DNA from: Takakia lepidozioides
Lineage: Eukaryota > Plantae > Bryophyta
Length of the DNA stretch: 64,000 bases
Reading direction: 5' to 3'
Assembly: GCA_030704615.1 (NCBI GenBank)
Contig: CM060731.1
Span: forward strand, 66,030,001-66,094,000
This document shows, piece by piece, positions 25,091 through 37,099 of the stretch (position 1 is its first letter; each line of letters starts with the position of its first letter). Below the pieces are notes generated by a model that saw nothing but the letters and a program-made list of their open reading frames with translations, had not been told where the DNA came from and ran no database searches. The translations under genes and the position numbers were made by a program.

Positions 25091-25839
25091 CTTCGTGTTG
25101 ACAAACTGTCACTCAACCGGTCATGAACATGTCCCTAACCCCCTCTCCACAAGGTAACTGGGTAGAGAACCTGTTGCGGCTTATGGTTTGGAATACTAGG
25201 TTCTTAACATAGCCTACACCTGCACCTGCATCCACCGCAAGCACTCATATGGTTGGCTGGTCATCACCTCCAACCTCACCACAGGAGAAACAATGATGAC
25301 TGACTGGTCATCACCCCAGCCTCACCAGCGACAGCATGCTCTAGGACTGGCCGGTGATAAAATCCGGACCAATCACCTATAAAAACAAGCGCCCACACAA
25401 AACTAACATGGCGCACGGTCAAGCATGCAGGTATGGAGGGGATCCAAACACAAGAAATCAGAACGACAACTCCCCCATACCAAAAACAACTCCACGGTGT
25501 TGCTCCTGCAAGGATACCCCAGCCCAAACCCGAACTGACTCTTGCCTCCACCTACGGAAAGGTCTTGGCCTAGTGAGAGGGTGGAAAACTACGAGGAAGA
25601 GAAGCTAAAGCAATGCCTAACCCCAGCATGCCCTCATCCCAACACTCTTTTTCTCATCTCTTCCCTCACTTGCATGACCATGGAAATATCATGAAGATAC
25701 TCCTCAAACCGCCCTCCACGAGCTTCAAAATGCGGCCTTCAAGACATGCCAGTCCTTAGGCAGTCCACCAGTGCTTCCACGAGTCAGCACAAGCCGTCCA
25801 CAGATCAACACGGGCCACCACAGACCAGCACAGGCCCAC

Positions 25840-26350
25840 ACAGATCACTGGTCACAGCCATCACAGCCCCACACAGGCCACAGCCTGTCACAGCCCTACA
25901 CAGGTCACAAGGTCACAGCCCCACAGGCCACAGCCTGTCACAGCCCCCAAGGCCACAGGTCGCAGCCTGTCACAACCCATCACAACCCCAAAGGCCACAG
26001 GCACAGCCTGTCACAGCCCTACACAGATCGCAGGGTCACAGCCCCAAAGGCCACAGCCTGTCATAGCCTGTCACAGCCCCTCACGGCCTCTCACAACCCT
26101 ACACAAGTCACAGGGGTCACAGGGCACAGCCTGTCACAACCCCTCACAGCCCGTCACAACCCCACAGGCCACATGGCACAGCCCCTCATAGCCCCACAGG
26201 CCACAAGGCACAACCCACCACAGCCTGTCACAGCCCGCCACAGCCCATCACAGCCCATCACAGCCCGTCATAGCCCCACAAGCCACAGGGCACAGCCTGT
26301 CACAGCCCCTCATAGCCCATCACAGCTTGTCACAGCCCCACAGGCCACTC
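25840..26350. repeat. Short-period minisatellite (GTCACAGCCC / CACAGGC) in the copy 1 leader
   Basis: Dozens of imperfect tcacagccc/cacaggccacag units. Confidence 0.9.
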
Positions 26351-26809
26351 ATGACAGTTTAGCCATTTCTCCAAGGGGTTTAGCCACGCCAAGCTAGGGT
26401 TTGTGTCTCTTGGACTCTAGGCTTCTTTGCACCGAGCTATGGTGGCTGTGAAAAAATCAGCAAGGTATTCTTGCTCTTTCGGCTCCCACACACCACCAAT
26501 AGTAGCCCTAAGCCATGAGGAAGATGGTTGCCACAAACCAAGCCTTCTTTCTCACTTAGACTCCCCAAACACGCCACTAAACTCAATGGCAAACAACCAA
26601 GCCTTGCTGGTTTCCAACCCTTGTGAGCACTCATTCAAGCGTTTTCCTTGGCCATAGCATCTGTCTTAGAGCCTATTCTAGCCCCCTACACATGCCACTT
26701 CAAGAGCCATGCTCTATCTAGGCTTGAGGTTGAAACCCCACCTCACATATGCCCTACAAGTGCTTTTCTTTCACCCAAGTGGGAACCAGCCCTAGCCCTT
26801 CCATTCTAG

Positions 26810-27180
26810 CTCTCTAAAGCTTGAAAACAAAAGCCCAATGGACTGAAGGCATGCTCCACACATGCCCCACTCCCACCATAAGAGAATCAGTCCCTTTGCT
26901 TTCTTTCTTGCACCCACCAACCTGAAAATACACGCTTCAGCGGGCTGGAAGCATGCTCCACACATGCCCTACAGGGAAACCAGCCCCTTCTTTCCTTTCT
27001 TGCACTCCCAAACCTGAAAGTACAAGCCTTCAACAGGCTGAAAGCATGCTCCACACATGCATTGCTCTCACATAAGGGAAGTCAGCCCTTCCCTCTTCCT
27101 TGCTTGCCCTCCAAGCTTGAAGATGGAAGCTTCAATGAGCTGAATACATGCTCCACACATGCAACCTCTTCACACAAGAG
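26810..27180. repeat. ~100-bp tandem repeat x4 in the copy 1 leader
   Basis: CATGCTCCACACATGC recurs at about 26850, 26953, 27045 and 27147. Confidence 0.85.
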
Positions 27181-28895
27181 GTATCAACCCCCTATCTTGG
27201 CTCCTTAGCTCCTTGATGCTCTCTAAGACAAGACTAAGCACTCCACAGCTCTTGCCAAGCTCCTGAAACCCTAAGACTTACATTTCCATCCACAAGACAC
27301 TCCTCTTGTGGTGTAAGAGCTCTTCTTCCAAGCTCTGAAACCCTAGGTGCACATTCCATGGCCTTGCCGCACCTCTTAGCTCCTATTCCGGCCCTGCTCT
27401 TGCCATGATAAGAGCCCTCTCAATGCTGAAGCTCGAGATTGAAACCCAATCTCAACATACTCCACAAAGTGCACTGATTTGCCCCAAGCCAAATCAGCCC
27501 TTTCGCTTGGTCTTGCAATCCTTCACACAATGAAAGCTCGCATTCCCAAGGCTAGTCCTCAGCTTTGCCACCAAAGCCACTCTAACCTGCTCTTGACTGG
27601 TCCTCTTCCCAATCGTGCTTGTTCATGCATGTACACAATCTGAAACCATCAAGGTGCTCTGGAATTACCTGCAGCATGGTGCTTTCATCTCTGAAGTTGA
27701 AGATCAAATGCCAAGGTCTACTACCTCGTAACCCACATCGCCTCCGCTTCTAACAACCAAGAGCTCCACGGTGCTCCTTGCATAACAACCTGGTTTCTCT
27801 CATTCTCAAGCAAAAACCACAAGTGCTACAACTAACTCGTATTTGGCACTTACAGATACGAGCTCATCTTTCTCGAGTGATAAAGAAGAATAATACAAGC
27901 ACAAGCTCATGCGAGCTCACAAAGCTGAAGCATAAACTCATGCATATATAACCTCATCACTCAAATACAAGTCAAGCCAAGTGCACCCCACGCCATGGGG
28001 AATCCACACTACGGCGCCATAGCTAGGCGCGGTGAGGCTCAACTCGAGAAAGATGAGCCTCCCGCACTTGCTGTGAAGATAACCACTCCAGGGCCTAAAT
28101 CTGCCTTGACCCCTAGATTGACACTTGGGCCAATCCCAAATGTCAATATGTAAAAGCTAGCTATTTCCTAGCTAGTTTCACACTAGTGGTAAAATAACTT
28201 GACACCCCATTCCAAAGATACATTTTGGCAATTTCACCGTGCTTACCACAAGGTCAGGCCTAGACGATCTGCTGGAATTCCTCATGGTGGTGGTGGTGAC
28301 AGTGGCGGCAATAGTGGTAATGGTGGAGGCAGTGGGGGACCCGAGTGTAGGTGCTGGGGGTGTAGGTGGGGCTAGTACTAGTCTACATCTAGTGCTAGTC
28401 GACATCTTACATGCAACAACAAAACAAATCAAATAACAAAGATGACACCACGTCGAATACGGCCCATTGCAGATACCTCCGGTCTCATTTCATAAAACAC
28501 TACAACTTTACAACTGCAAATTTGACAGTTGGAAGTCCAAGTTTCAAATTCTTTGAATTTTTTCTCCTTCTTTATAATTCATGTTTATAGGCAATTTCTA
28601 GTACCATAGTTGGACACCTATTAAGTGGGGGATTCAAAGGAAATATTTCCGCGTTAGATTCTATAGTCCTTGATGTGAAATGAGTAACCACCCACTACCC
28701 CACGGTGAGTAGGATCTCCATTTAATAAGACTTTGTCGATGACAGTTTCTTTCTCCTCCCACAGAAGAATCTGCGGAGTATTCTGTAACTACATGAATAA
28801 TGATCTATAGGCACATATATATAGCTTTAACTTGCAGAGCTCTACAATGAGCTCTAACATGTAAATAAATATTTCAAACCCATTTGTGATCTCCC

Positions 28896-29185
28896 TGTAG
28901 TTGTAGTGAATATCTCTTGGACTATGGATAGATTAATTCGTATAAGGAGATAACAATATTTGCACACTTTGATTCAAGTTTCTTTCAAGGGTATTGTAGC
29001 AAAGACAACCTCAAGTCAAAGAAAATAAGCTGAGGTAAGACAATGTGACATTTCAGTCACTGTCTTTCAGCACTTGTCTTGCTTTCCACGAGAGAGAAAT
29101 AGAGAGATATTATCTTCTATGTTGTTCAACTTGAACATGGAAAATGATATTTCTTGTTTAATTACGTGAAATAGAGCTCCAAGTA
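28896..29185. repeat. Third copy of the 16366-16975 dispersed repeat
   Basis: Near-colinear with 16692-16975, including gctttccacgagagagaaatagagagatatta...gagctccaag. Confidence 0.85.
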
Positions 29186-29870
29186 TACGAAGATTTTCAT
29201 GCATCGGAAGCAGATTTTAGCATGGCTAAATAATTCCAATAAAATGACACCGAAGCGACTAGTGAAGCCATCGCCATATCATCATGTTTACCTTGGACAA
29301 CTTGCTAGCATTGTTCAATTTGGTCTCATTTTTAACACAATTTACTCACAATCTAGTGTTATTTTTGCTTTATTAAGTTTGGCTTGCTTTTTATTTTGCA
29401 GTATAACTAGAGTCAACAATACCTTTACCTTCTGCCCCACCATATGAGGCACAGTTAAAAAAATGCAATTCTTGTTTCGCTTCTTCCCCAGCTTGTACCT
29501 CTCACACATGTATCAGAAGGGGTAATTACGTATAATTTGTTTTGGGAATTGCCTCAATGCATGTAACAGTGGATTGATAGCTGACAAAACCATCATTTTC
29601 ATGTCAATGTCCATGGAGTAAATTGCACATTACTTCTTCGTTATGCTTTGATTGTTGTATGGTGTGGCACTACAAAAAATATGCCAATATCATTGCATGT
29701 TGTTTGTTGAATACCATAGCAAACACATCAAATCCACAAAATTTAATCTAAATTCGTTTTCACAACATTGTATAAACAACAAAAAATGATACGAAACTTT
29801 ATGGATGGAAAGGGACATGGGATCTGAGAAAAACTTGAGGTTGTGGAAAGTGGTAATGCACCAACTCCCC

Positions 29871-29937
29871 TGTCGTGCACCTAAGCATCGTGCCACAAGA
29901 TACATCGTTGTCCAACCACACTTCCTAGCGCCACAAT
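29871..29937 (-). repeat. Terminal repeat B2
   Basis: Matches B1 (30270-30356) apart from 3 substitutions and a 20-bp gap. Confidence 0.9.
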
Positions 29938-30267
29938 GATACGGAAATGGTGAAAAGAGGAGAAACCACTCTATCACGTTATATAAGTCAAGCCAATGAC
30001 ACCTTTGCTAAAGGACTCCACCATACAGACCTCACCCACTCCCCATCTCAAGAACTAGAGCTATGGCGGCGAGAGAGGCCTCGGGAGGCTCGACTAGAAG
30101 AAGACGAGCCTGCCTATGGAGATAACCTCCCCACGTCCCAAGTGAGGTTCGCCACCTCACTTGGCACATGGAACCAAATGAAATCCCAATGCCAACAAAA
30201 TACAAATATAAATGTATAATGTCCTAATTCTAACTATTTCTAACTAATCACAAACAAAACCATGACA
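29937..30267 (-). repeat. Repeat A2 (331 bp)
   Basis: Matches A1 (42493-42840) with about 10 substitutions, nearly all transitions, and two indels (9 and 8 bp). Confidence 0.95.
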
Positions 30268-30269
30268 GC

Positions 30270-30356
30270 TGTCGTGCACCTAAGCATCGTGCCACAACAT
30301 ACATCGCTATCCAACCACACTTCCTAGCATATAGTCCTAGAAAGCCACGCCACAAT
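30270..30356 (-). repeat. Repeat B1
   Basis: tgtcgtgcacctaagcatcgtgccacaa...cttcctagc...gccacaat, separated from A2 by the dinucleotide GC. Confidence 0.9.
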
Positions 30357-30619
30357 CGCCCCCCTAGCTGGTGATTAGGTCCCTCTAACACCGGATAGCT
30401 TACAAGTATCCACCCAAATAAGATTATCGCTTGGTCTTCAATCGCACAAGCCCCAACACCTGAAGTCGATAGATCAAGAGGCCGGGTGCAAACGTAGCCC
30501 CATCGTTAGTCGCCTTCATGCAATCCATGATCTTCAGCTGAATATCCATGGCATTGAAATCCCACTAGCTAGACCTTGGATCACTTGTCCGCCTCACCAT
30601 TGTTATGCTCACTACCTCT

Positions 30620-33600
30620 GTCCAAGGCATCGTGGACACAACCATTCTTCGATATGAACCTCCTCAAGTGGCGGTGTCAAGCATCCCATGTGCCACCCCC
30701 TTCAGCATTTGTCACACACCAACATGGTTGCGGCGCCACCAGCATGCCCACATAGCATGCAACGTAACCCTGCAGGTACCACTGCAAGGTTGGGATCTAT
30801 CTTCCCATCCACATGTGAAAGGTGACATGGCCCACAATTGCGCACATGGTCCTTCCATACCATGTCATCTCGACCCTCCAGAATCAACACTCCTGAAGGC
30901 AACACCTCCCTGACCCTTAGAATCATACGTCATGCTGTGACATCCAAGGTCGTAGGCGCTGTCTGCTGCAGATACACATAGTCCCCAGGGTAGAAACGCC
31001 AAACACTTGGCCGATATCCCCCTCCACGTATAGTGACGTACCTCAATGTGTCTCGGTGTTAGGCAATAGTAAGGTTCTCAAAAGCCTTAGGCATGACTCT
31101 CTTGAACAACTCTGCCCGCTGGACACATGCTTGTGTCCATACATCCGGATCATGAAGGTTGAGCACTATTGCAGCCTCCCTACGAATAGATGCAGGCAAA
31201 TCCGGCTCTCGGCCAAAGAGAAGAAAGTAAAGTGAGAATGAGGCAAGTGAAGCTTGTTTGCTGAACCTATAGCCCATAGCTAGCCAAGGCAGCTGAAGGT
31301 CCCAATCTCCTAGGTGTCCCTTCTGCAAACCGTACTTGCGCAAACCTCTCTTGACTGTCTGAACAACTCTCTCCGCCAAGCCATCAGCCTCGGGATGATC
31401 CCGAGAAGTTGTGCGGTGATCTATCAAGGCTTGCTCACACAAAGCCTGAAACTCCCCCAAGAACTCTCTCCCCTAGTCCGTGAGTACCTCGGCTGGAGCA
31501 CCAAAATGTCTAAGCACTCGATCTAAGAATGCATATGCAGCCCCCTCACTTGCCTTGTCCGGCAATGCCACCAGTTCAATCCATTTGGATAAGTGTTCCA
31601 CCATCACCAGCACATACTTATTATGGCGAATCATCAATGGCAATGGGTCTGCGAAGTCAAGACTCCAACGATAGCCCAAACCCATAATGGGTAAATGATG
31701 CAATTGTGGAGTAGGGGCATTGAAAGAAGCCCGAACTCTATCACACACCATGCATCTGGCCACTAACTGTTGCACATCCGTGTGCATGCCCCGCCACCAA
31801 TACTGCCCTTGCAGAAAACTATGAGTGCGCCGCACCCCAAAATGTCTCAACTCCTCATGGGCATGGCGTACCAATCGCGCTCGTTGTGTTGGATGAGGCA
31901 CAATCCTCACTCGTCTATCCTCCCATACCCGGAGTAGGTGAGTCCCCTCCCACTTGAACCTTTTGGCTCGTTGTAGGACCAGATCTCTCTCCTTAGCAGT
32001 CACACTAGCTGCTGCCTCTCCGGTACGAAGGTATGCCAACACTGCTGCATCTTCATGCACATCCTTAGCACCACCAAACTCCTCACTAGTCTCTGGATCG
32101 TCATGCATGCTATCTACATGACTAATCGCATGGGATTGACTAGCTTGAGCTCCCTTTGCTAGAATGCACAAAAAGGCCGATGCATGCCATCCTGGCACCA
32201 TCTCCTCATCCGTCTCACCATGCCACCGAGCTCCAGTATCATCATGCTCGCTCGTGCATGGATTACAACTCAATCCTTCTGCATCCCGATTGACAATACC
32301 GGCTCGATGTACTACCTGGAAGTCGTACTCTTGAAGCATAAGTGCCCACCGTGCAAGCTTGTCTGACTCCATCAACCACTTCAATGGTTGGTGATCCGTG
32401 ACAAGGGTGAAGAGATTGCCATAGAGGTAGCATCTGAAATGTGCCACTGCCCATACCGCAGCTAAACAATCTCTTTCATAGGAACTATACTTCGTCTCGG
32501 CATCATTGTTCGAGCGGCTAGCATATGCCACTACAAACTCTCTTCCCTCATTATCCACCTGTGTGAGCACTGCTCCAATCCCTAGCATACTCCAATCCGT
32601 ATGTAGCTGGAAAGGCCGCCCCCGAATAGGCCGCCTCAGAATAGGTGCAGAAGTCAATCGAGCCTTGAGTTCCTCAAAGGCTTCCTCCTGCTCCTCCTCC
32701 CACTGCCACTTATGACCCACCTTGGTCAACTTGGTAAGAGCCTTTGCAATGCTACTAAATCCCTTGACAAACCGTCGATAATAGTTTGCCAATCCCATGA
32801 AAGCACGAACTCTGCTCACATCCATGGGACGTGGAATGCATACAATGGCCTCCACCTTTGTCTTTTGAACACCCAATCCTCCAGGATATATCATGTGGCC
32901 CAGATACTCAATCTGATTGTGGAAGAACTTGCACTTTCCGGGGTGTAGTTTCAACCTGTGCGCTCTCAAGCGCTCAAACACCACCTGAAGGTATCTCTCA
33001 TGCTCCTCAACCGTAGCACTAAAGACAATGATGTCATCGATGTAGCACCGGACGAAGTCTAGCCCCGCGAGAATCCTATCCATGACCCTCTGAAAACTCT
33101 GCAGGAGCATTCTTCAACCCAAACGGTAAGAACCGCCATTGGTACAAACAATCCTTCTCATGTTGGTCAATCCCCCAGAATGCTGTCTTTTGTTTGTCAT
33201 CCTCTTTGATTGGCAACTGGTGGTAACCAGATCGCAAGTCCAATGTGCTAAACACCTTTGCATGCCCAATGACATCAAAGATGTCCTCTGGAGTTGACAT
33301 GGCATATCTATCGGACTTAGTCTGACGGTTCACAGGACGATAGTCCCCACACATCATTCTTTCTGTCCAATTGCCATAGATATCCTTTTTAGCTGGCATC
33401 ACCGTTGCCGAGGCATACTCCCCACTTGACAATTCCACTAATTTAGCTTTGAACAACTCCATAGTCCGTGACTGGATCAATGACCTTTCCATGTCACTAT
33501 ACCGGTAGGGCCTTCGAAAGATTGGCGTGTCACTTGCCAAATCAATACGAATCTCCTGACCCTTCAAACTCCCCAAATCCTTCAATCCGAAGGCAAAGCA

Positions 33601-33822
33601 ATGCCTATAAGCCCTTAGAAATCGCTGGATCCTCCGTCTCTCTCCTCCGGTGACTGTAGGTTCAACATCTGATTCCCAATTGTCCTCAGTGACTGCAACC
33701 TTGGGTACACCAGGCTTGGAGGTAGGAGACGAATCATTTGGTTGCTGTAACCTGCCCAATCTGACTGTGGCGTAGCCTCCACTTGCTCCACCATAGCCAT
33801 CTTGAGAACATCCTCTGAGCAA
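30620..33822 (-). pseudogene. Pol RT-RNaseH-integrase-PHD (copy 2), interrupted
   Basis: MCGDYRPVN, LDLRSGYHQ, CYIDDIIVFS, LHTDWS, HEELRHFG..CMVC, WSLDF, EADGLAERVV, CMLC...CDKC*RGWHMGC...WLCPRC. One frameshift near 33090 and several stops. Confidence 0.93.
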
Positions 33823-33826
33823 GAAA

Positions 33827-34646
33827 CACTACAACATATCGCGGTAGTTATGATTGCCAAACCGTGGTAGTCATGGTTTTCATGATTTTGACCATGACTG
33901 CACCATGTTTTTATATGAAATTGACCTCCCGACTGTAGTCATATGAACGACTATCTAAATAGTCGTCTGTATGACTACATGGCTCCGGAATGGGCGGAAG
34001 GCTGGTTAACGGCAATTGACCAGATTTAGCTCACCATTCATAGTCATTTCCATGACTATAGTGTACATGGATGAGGTTACCTAGTCATGATGACTACTGG
34101 GGATTTTGTAATTTGGTGTGTATAATACAATTAAAACACCATATGATCATATGAATGACTAATGGGTGTATTGGTAAACAGGTAGTGAACTATAACTCTT
34201 ATAGTAAAGAGGTTGCAGGTTCAAACTCCTCTAAGTACAATCAAATGGATAAGATGGCCCTAGGGTTAGTAGGCGAGCTAGGGATAGCACGTGGTACCTT
34301 AGATGGACTACCACGTGGTTTTTTCATTATTATAAAATGCATTATGCCACGTGGCACAATGCGGTGCGACGCGACGTTTGACATATGTTTTTTTATTATT
34401 TTTTTAATTTTTTAAATCAATTGCGCCTCGCCACGTGGCGCGGCAGCGGTGGCTGCAGTATGGTATATATGACTGCAGTGAGAGATATCACTTGGTTCAT
34501 ATGACTGTAGTCATCCGGACTGTACCATCCTGTACTCATTGTATTGACTTGGTTTGCACGACTTACAGTCATAGAAGTCATATGTACCGTTTATGACTGC
34601 AGAATAGTCATATATATAGTCATAAATATCGCGACCTGTTGTAGTG
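33827..34646. mobile_element. Non-autonomous CACTA element (820 bp), AAA TSD
   Basis: TIR CACTACAACA(ta/gg)TCGCG at both ends. AAA at 33824-33826 and 34647-34649. ATGACT/AGTCAT subterminal motifs. No ORF. Confidence 0.93.
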
Positions 34647-34949
34647 AAACATTCTCAATCTCTTCAAAAACCTTGGTCACCTTGGCCTCCAACTGATCCT
34701 CAGTCCATGGCTCTTCCCACTCCTCATACTGCTGCTTGAGAGATCCAATAACTCTCTCTTTGCGCATCTCATCTCACATCTGCCATGGGTGTTTGCAACC
34801 CACGATCTTATGCTCGCCCCCACTCACTGCCTTAACCGTCCCGGTTGGCAAAGATGATGCACTATCCAATGGGAGTGCAGAAGTAGCCATCAATGCTTGC
34901 AATCTCCGTTGCTCAGCCATGCACAAGCCAATTATCCATGTCAAGCAAT

Positions 34950-35876
34950 TTAGATCCATTGCTTGACCCAACACTTGACGGCGTGATACCTTTGACAGAG
35001 CTGGCACATCGGTAGTGCCCGTGGTAAAACCCATTGCCCGCTCTCGCTCATCTGCATTGGGCTCCACCAATCGCTGTAGCACACTGTCCCAAATCAATCC
35101 AGGACCATTGTCTCGAAAAGCATGAGACGAGGGAAAGCTCATGAGCGTAGGCAAGGCCGCACGTGGCTGCCCCACTCGATTGACCACTGCTAGAGGTGGA
35201 CGGTCATCATATCACACCCTCTGTGGTTGTCTCCCTTGGTCCAAAATGCCCTCAACCGTGAGATTGGGTGGCCGTTGAATGGAATCGTATGCTCTCTTGA
35301 GCAGCTCTGATGGTGCAAGATTGGTCCACCACAATCGAGGTCGATGCGCGCGTGATCCCACCGCTGCTGCATCCAATAGCACCGCCGATCCAATGCAAGA
35401 CCGCACCTGATGCACACTGGCCATTACCCTGGCCCGAGAATCCCCCATAAGAAGAACATTCACCAAGATATAGTTTAGAGGTTGCACTTGCCTCGTCTGC
35501 AAGTCCCGCTATACTCGCAACATCTCCCAAAACAAATGCGATCGTGCATCATGCAAGCCATTCCCATGACCTACGGGAGAGTGTTATTGGCAAGGCCATC
35601 CGGCTATCACCAAGTCAATGGCACCATGCCGGTCCAAATCATCCGCCCCCAGCAAGGTAATGTCTGCTGGCAAGGCCTTTTGATACCCTTGAATTGCTGA
35701 GAGAGGCAACAACTCAGGATATCGGTGTGTGAGCAAGGCAATGTGGCGCATAGAAATACGTTGAGCTATCTCATCATTCTTCACATACAAGTACTTGTGT
35801 ACTTTAATCTCTGCTTGCAACACTCCTGCAAGCCTAGTGCTCATGCCTCCAAACAGGTCTAGCAAACAAATCCCTG
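34950..35876 (-). pseudogene. DNMT3-like C5-cytosine DNA methyltransferase domain (copy 2)
   Basis: LLDLFGGMSTR, IDLVIAGWPCQ followed by a stop, YILVNV (ENV mutated), RAHRPRLWWTNL, ERERAMGF...RRQVLGQAMD. Confidence 0.92.
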
Positions 35877-36269
35877 AGTCAGATGGTTGTCAGGTAATGG
35901 GCACCGTGTTCAAAGGAGCTAACTCAGGAGGTCCAGATGATGTCACTGAACTCCTTTCATTCACCAATGGAAAGGCCTCCTGCCATGCTTGGTGCACACA
36001 CTCGTCTGCTACTCAATGCAAATTCCCAATCGTACCCCACAGTGGAATATGCACAGGCACATGAGAAAGCAAATCAGCCTTGTATGCCAATTGTTTGTCC
36101 TCATCAGGTGATGGCCTATCATCTGCATGGCTATTGCCTTCCAAGAGCTCACCACCCCAAGCCACTACCCCTGAAAATGCAGCCAATGTGGGCATCATGT
36201 TCCTATGATCCACTGCTACATTCCCAATAAACCGCACTGGGAGTAGTGCACGTCGGCCATCTCTTGACT

Positions 36270-36680
36270 GCCATTCCGGCCTGTAGGATGCCGTTTCCTC
36301 CCAAAAGTCCAGAGTGAATCCCATGGGGTATAATACCGCCCCACCAACAAACTCATCATAAGACATCGCGTCCGTAACAATGGCTTTAGCTCTCATGACT
36401 GTGCCGTCCATGGGATGATCCGGCTGCAATCAAATGAAGAGCTCATGACGTGTAATTCCTCATGCCTTCTCTGAACCACCCAAAGATGTTTGAATTTGGA
36501 AAGGGCAAGGCTCCAAATCCGCCTCTGTAAGGCCCAAGCCTGCAATTGCTGCTCTCCCCAACATCAATGGCTGTGCTCCTGAGTCCAACAAGACCCGTAG
36601 TGGCCTATACCTCCTCCCGGCTGGGCCACCTAACTGAAACACACCATCCTAATTGTCCACCAAGACTACCCCAAAAATCA
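36270..36680 (-). pseudogene. Aspartic protease (copy 2)
   Basis: RVLLDSGAQPLMLG; YDEFVGGAVL; stops present. Confidence 0.85.
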
Positions 36681-37099
36681 TCATATTACGCTCAATGGCT
36701 GGCCTAGCTGACAACTCCTGCAACTATGCAGCTGCCGCTTGCCATGGTGCAGCTGTAGCTGTCTTCACCCTTGAGTCCAGGGCATCCATGCATTGCACAT
36801 TATCCACTATCCCCGCAGATAGTGCCGATGCATCACCACTCTCACAGAGTCTAGCTGCTAGTCTGAACACAGCAGCTGGCCGAATCTCCGGCAATTGCAA
36901 TTGTCATTGTAGAAAATAATGGAGCTTGACAAACAGCCGTAGCCGCCCCCAACAATGTACTGGCTGCACCTTGCTTTGCAGCACCACCCACTGGCATTTC
37001 CCGAGCCACACCAACTCTCCCCAATGGCACTCGTGGCTCTACCTCTGACACACTTGGGCAAACGGGTGCCATCGATGGCGTAGTTGGCACTGTCTCAGC

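Larger units (their letters stand above)
17952..28204 (-). mobile_element. Gypsy-like retroelement copy 1 carrying a C5-DNA methyltransferase and a PHD finger (decayed, no LTR pair)
   Basis: Gag, protease, DNMT, RT, RH, IN and PHD motifs occur in order on the minus strand. Termini TGTCGTG (17952) and TTGACA (28204) are homologous to the termini of copy 2. Flanks are CCCG and CCCC. Confidence 0.9.

Noticed and set aside
25746-26397. Plus-strand ORFs of 106 and 208 aa
   Set aside because: They are translations of a minisatellite with low-complexity products.
28498-28908. Small CACTA element (CACTACAACT...AGTTGTAGTG)
   Set aside because: The TSD mismatches (AAA versus AAT) and the right end is part of a dispersed repeat that continues past it.
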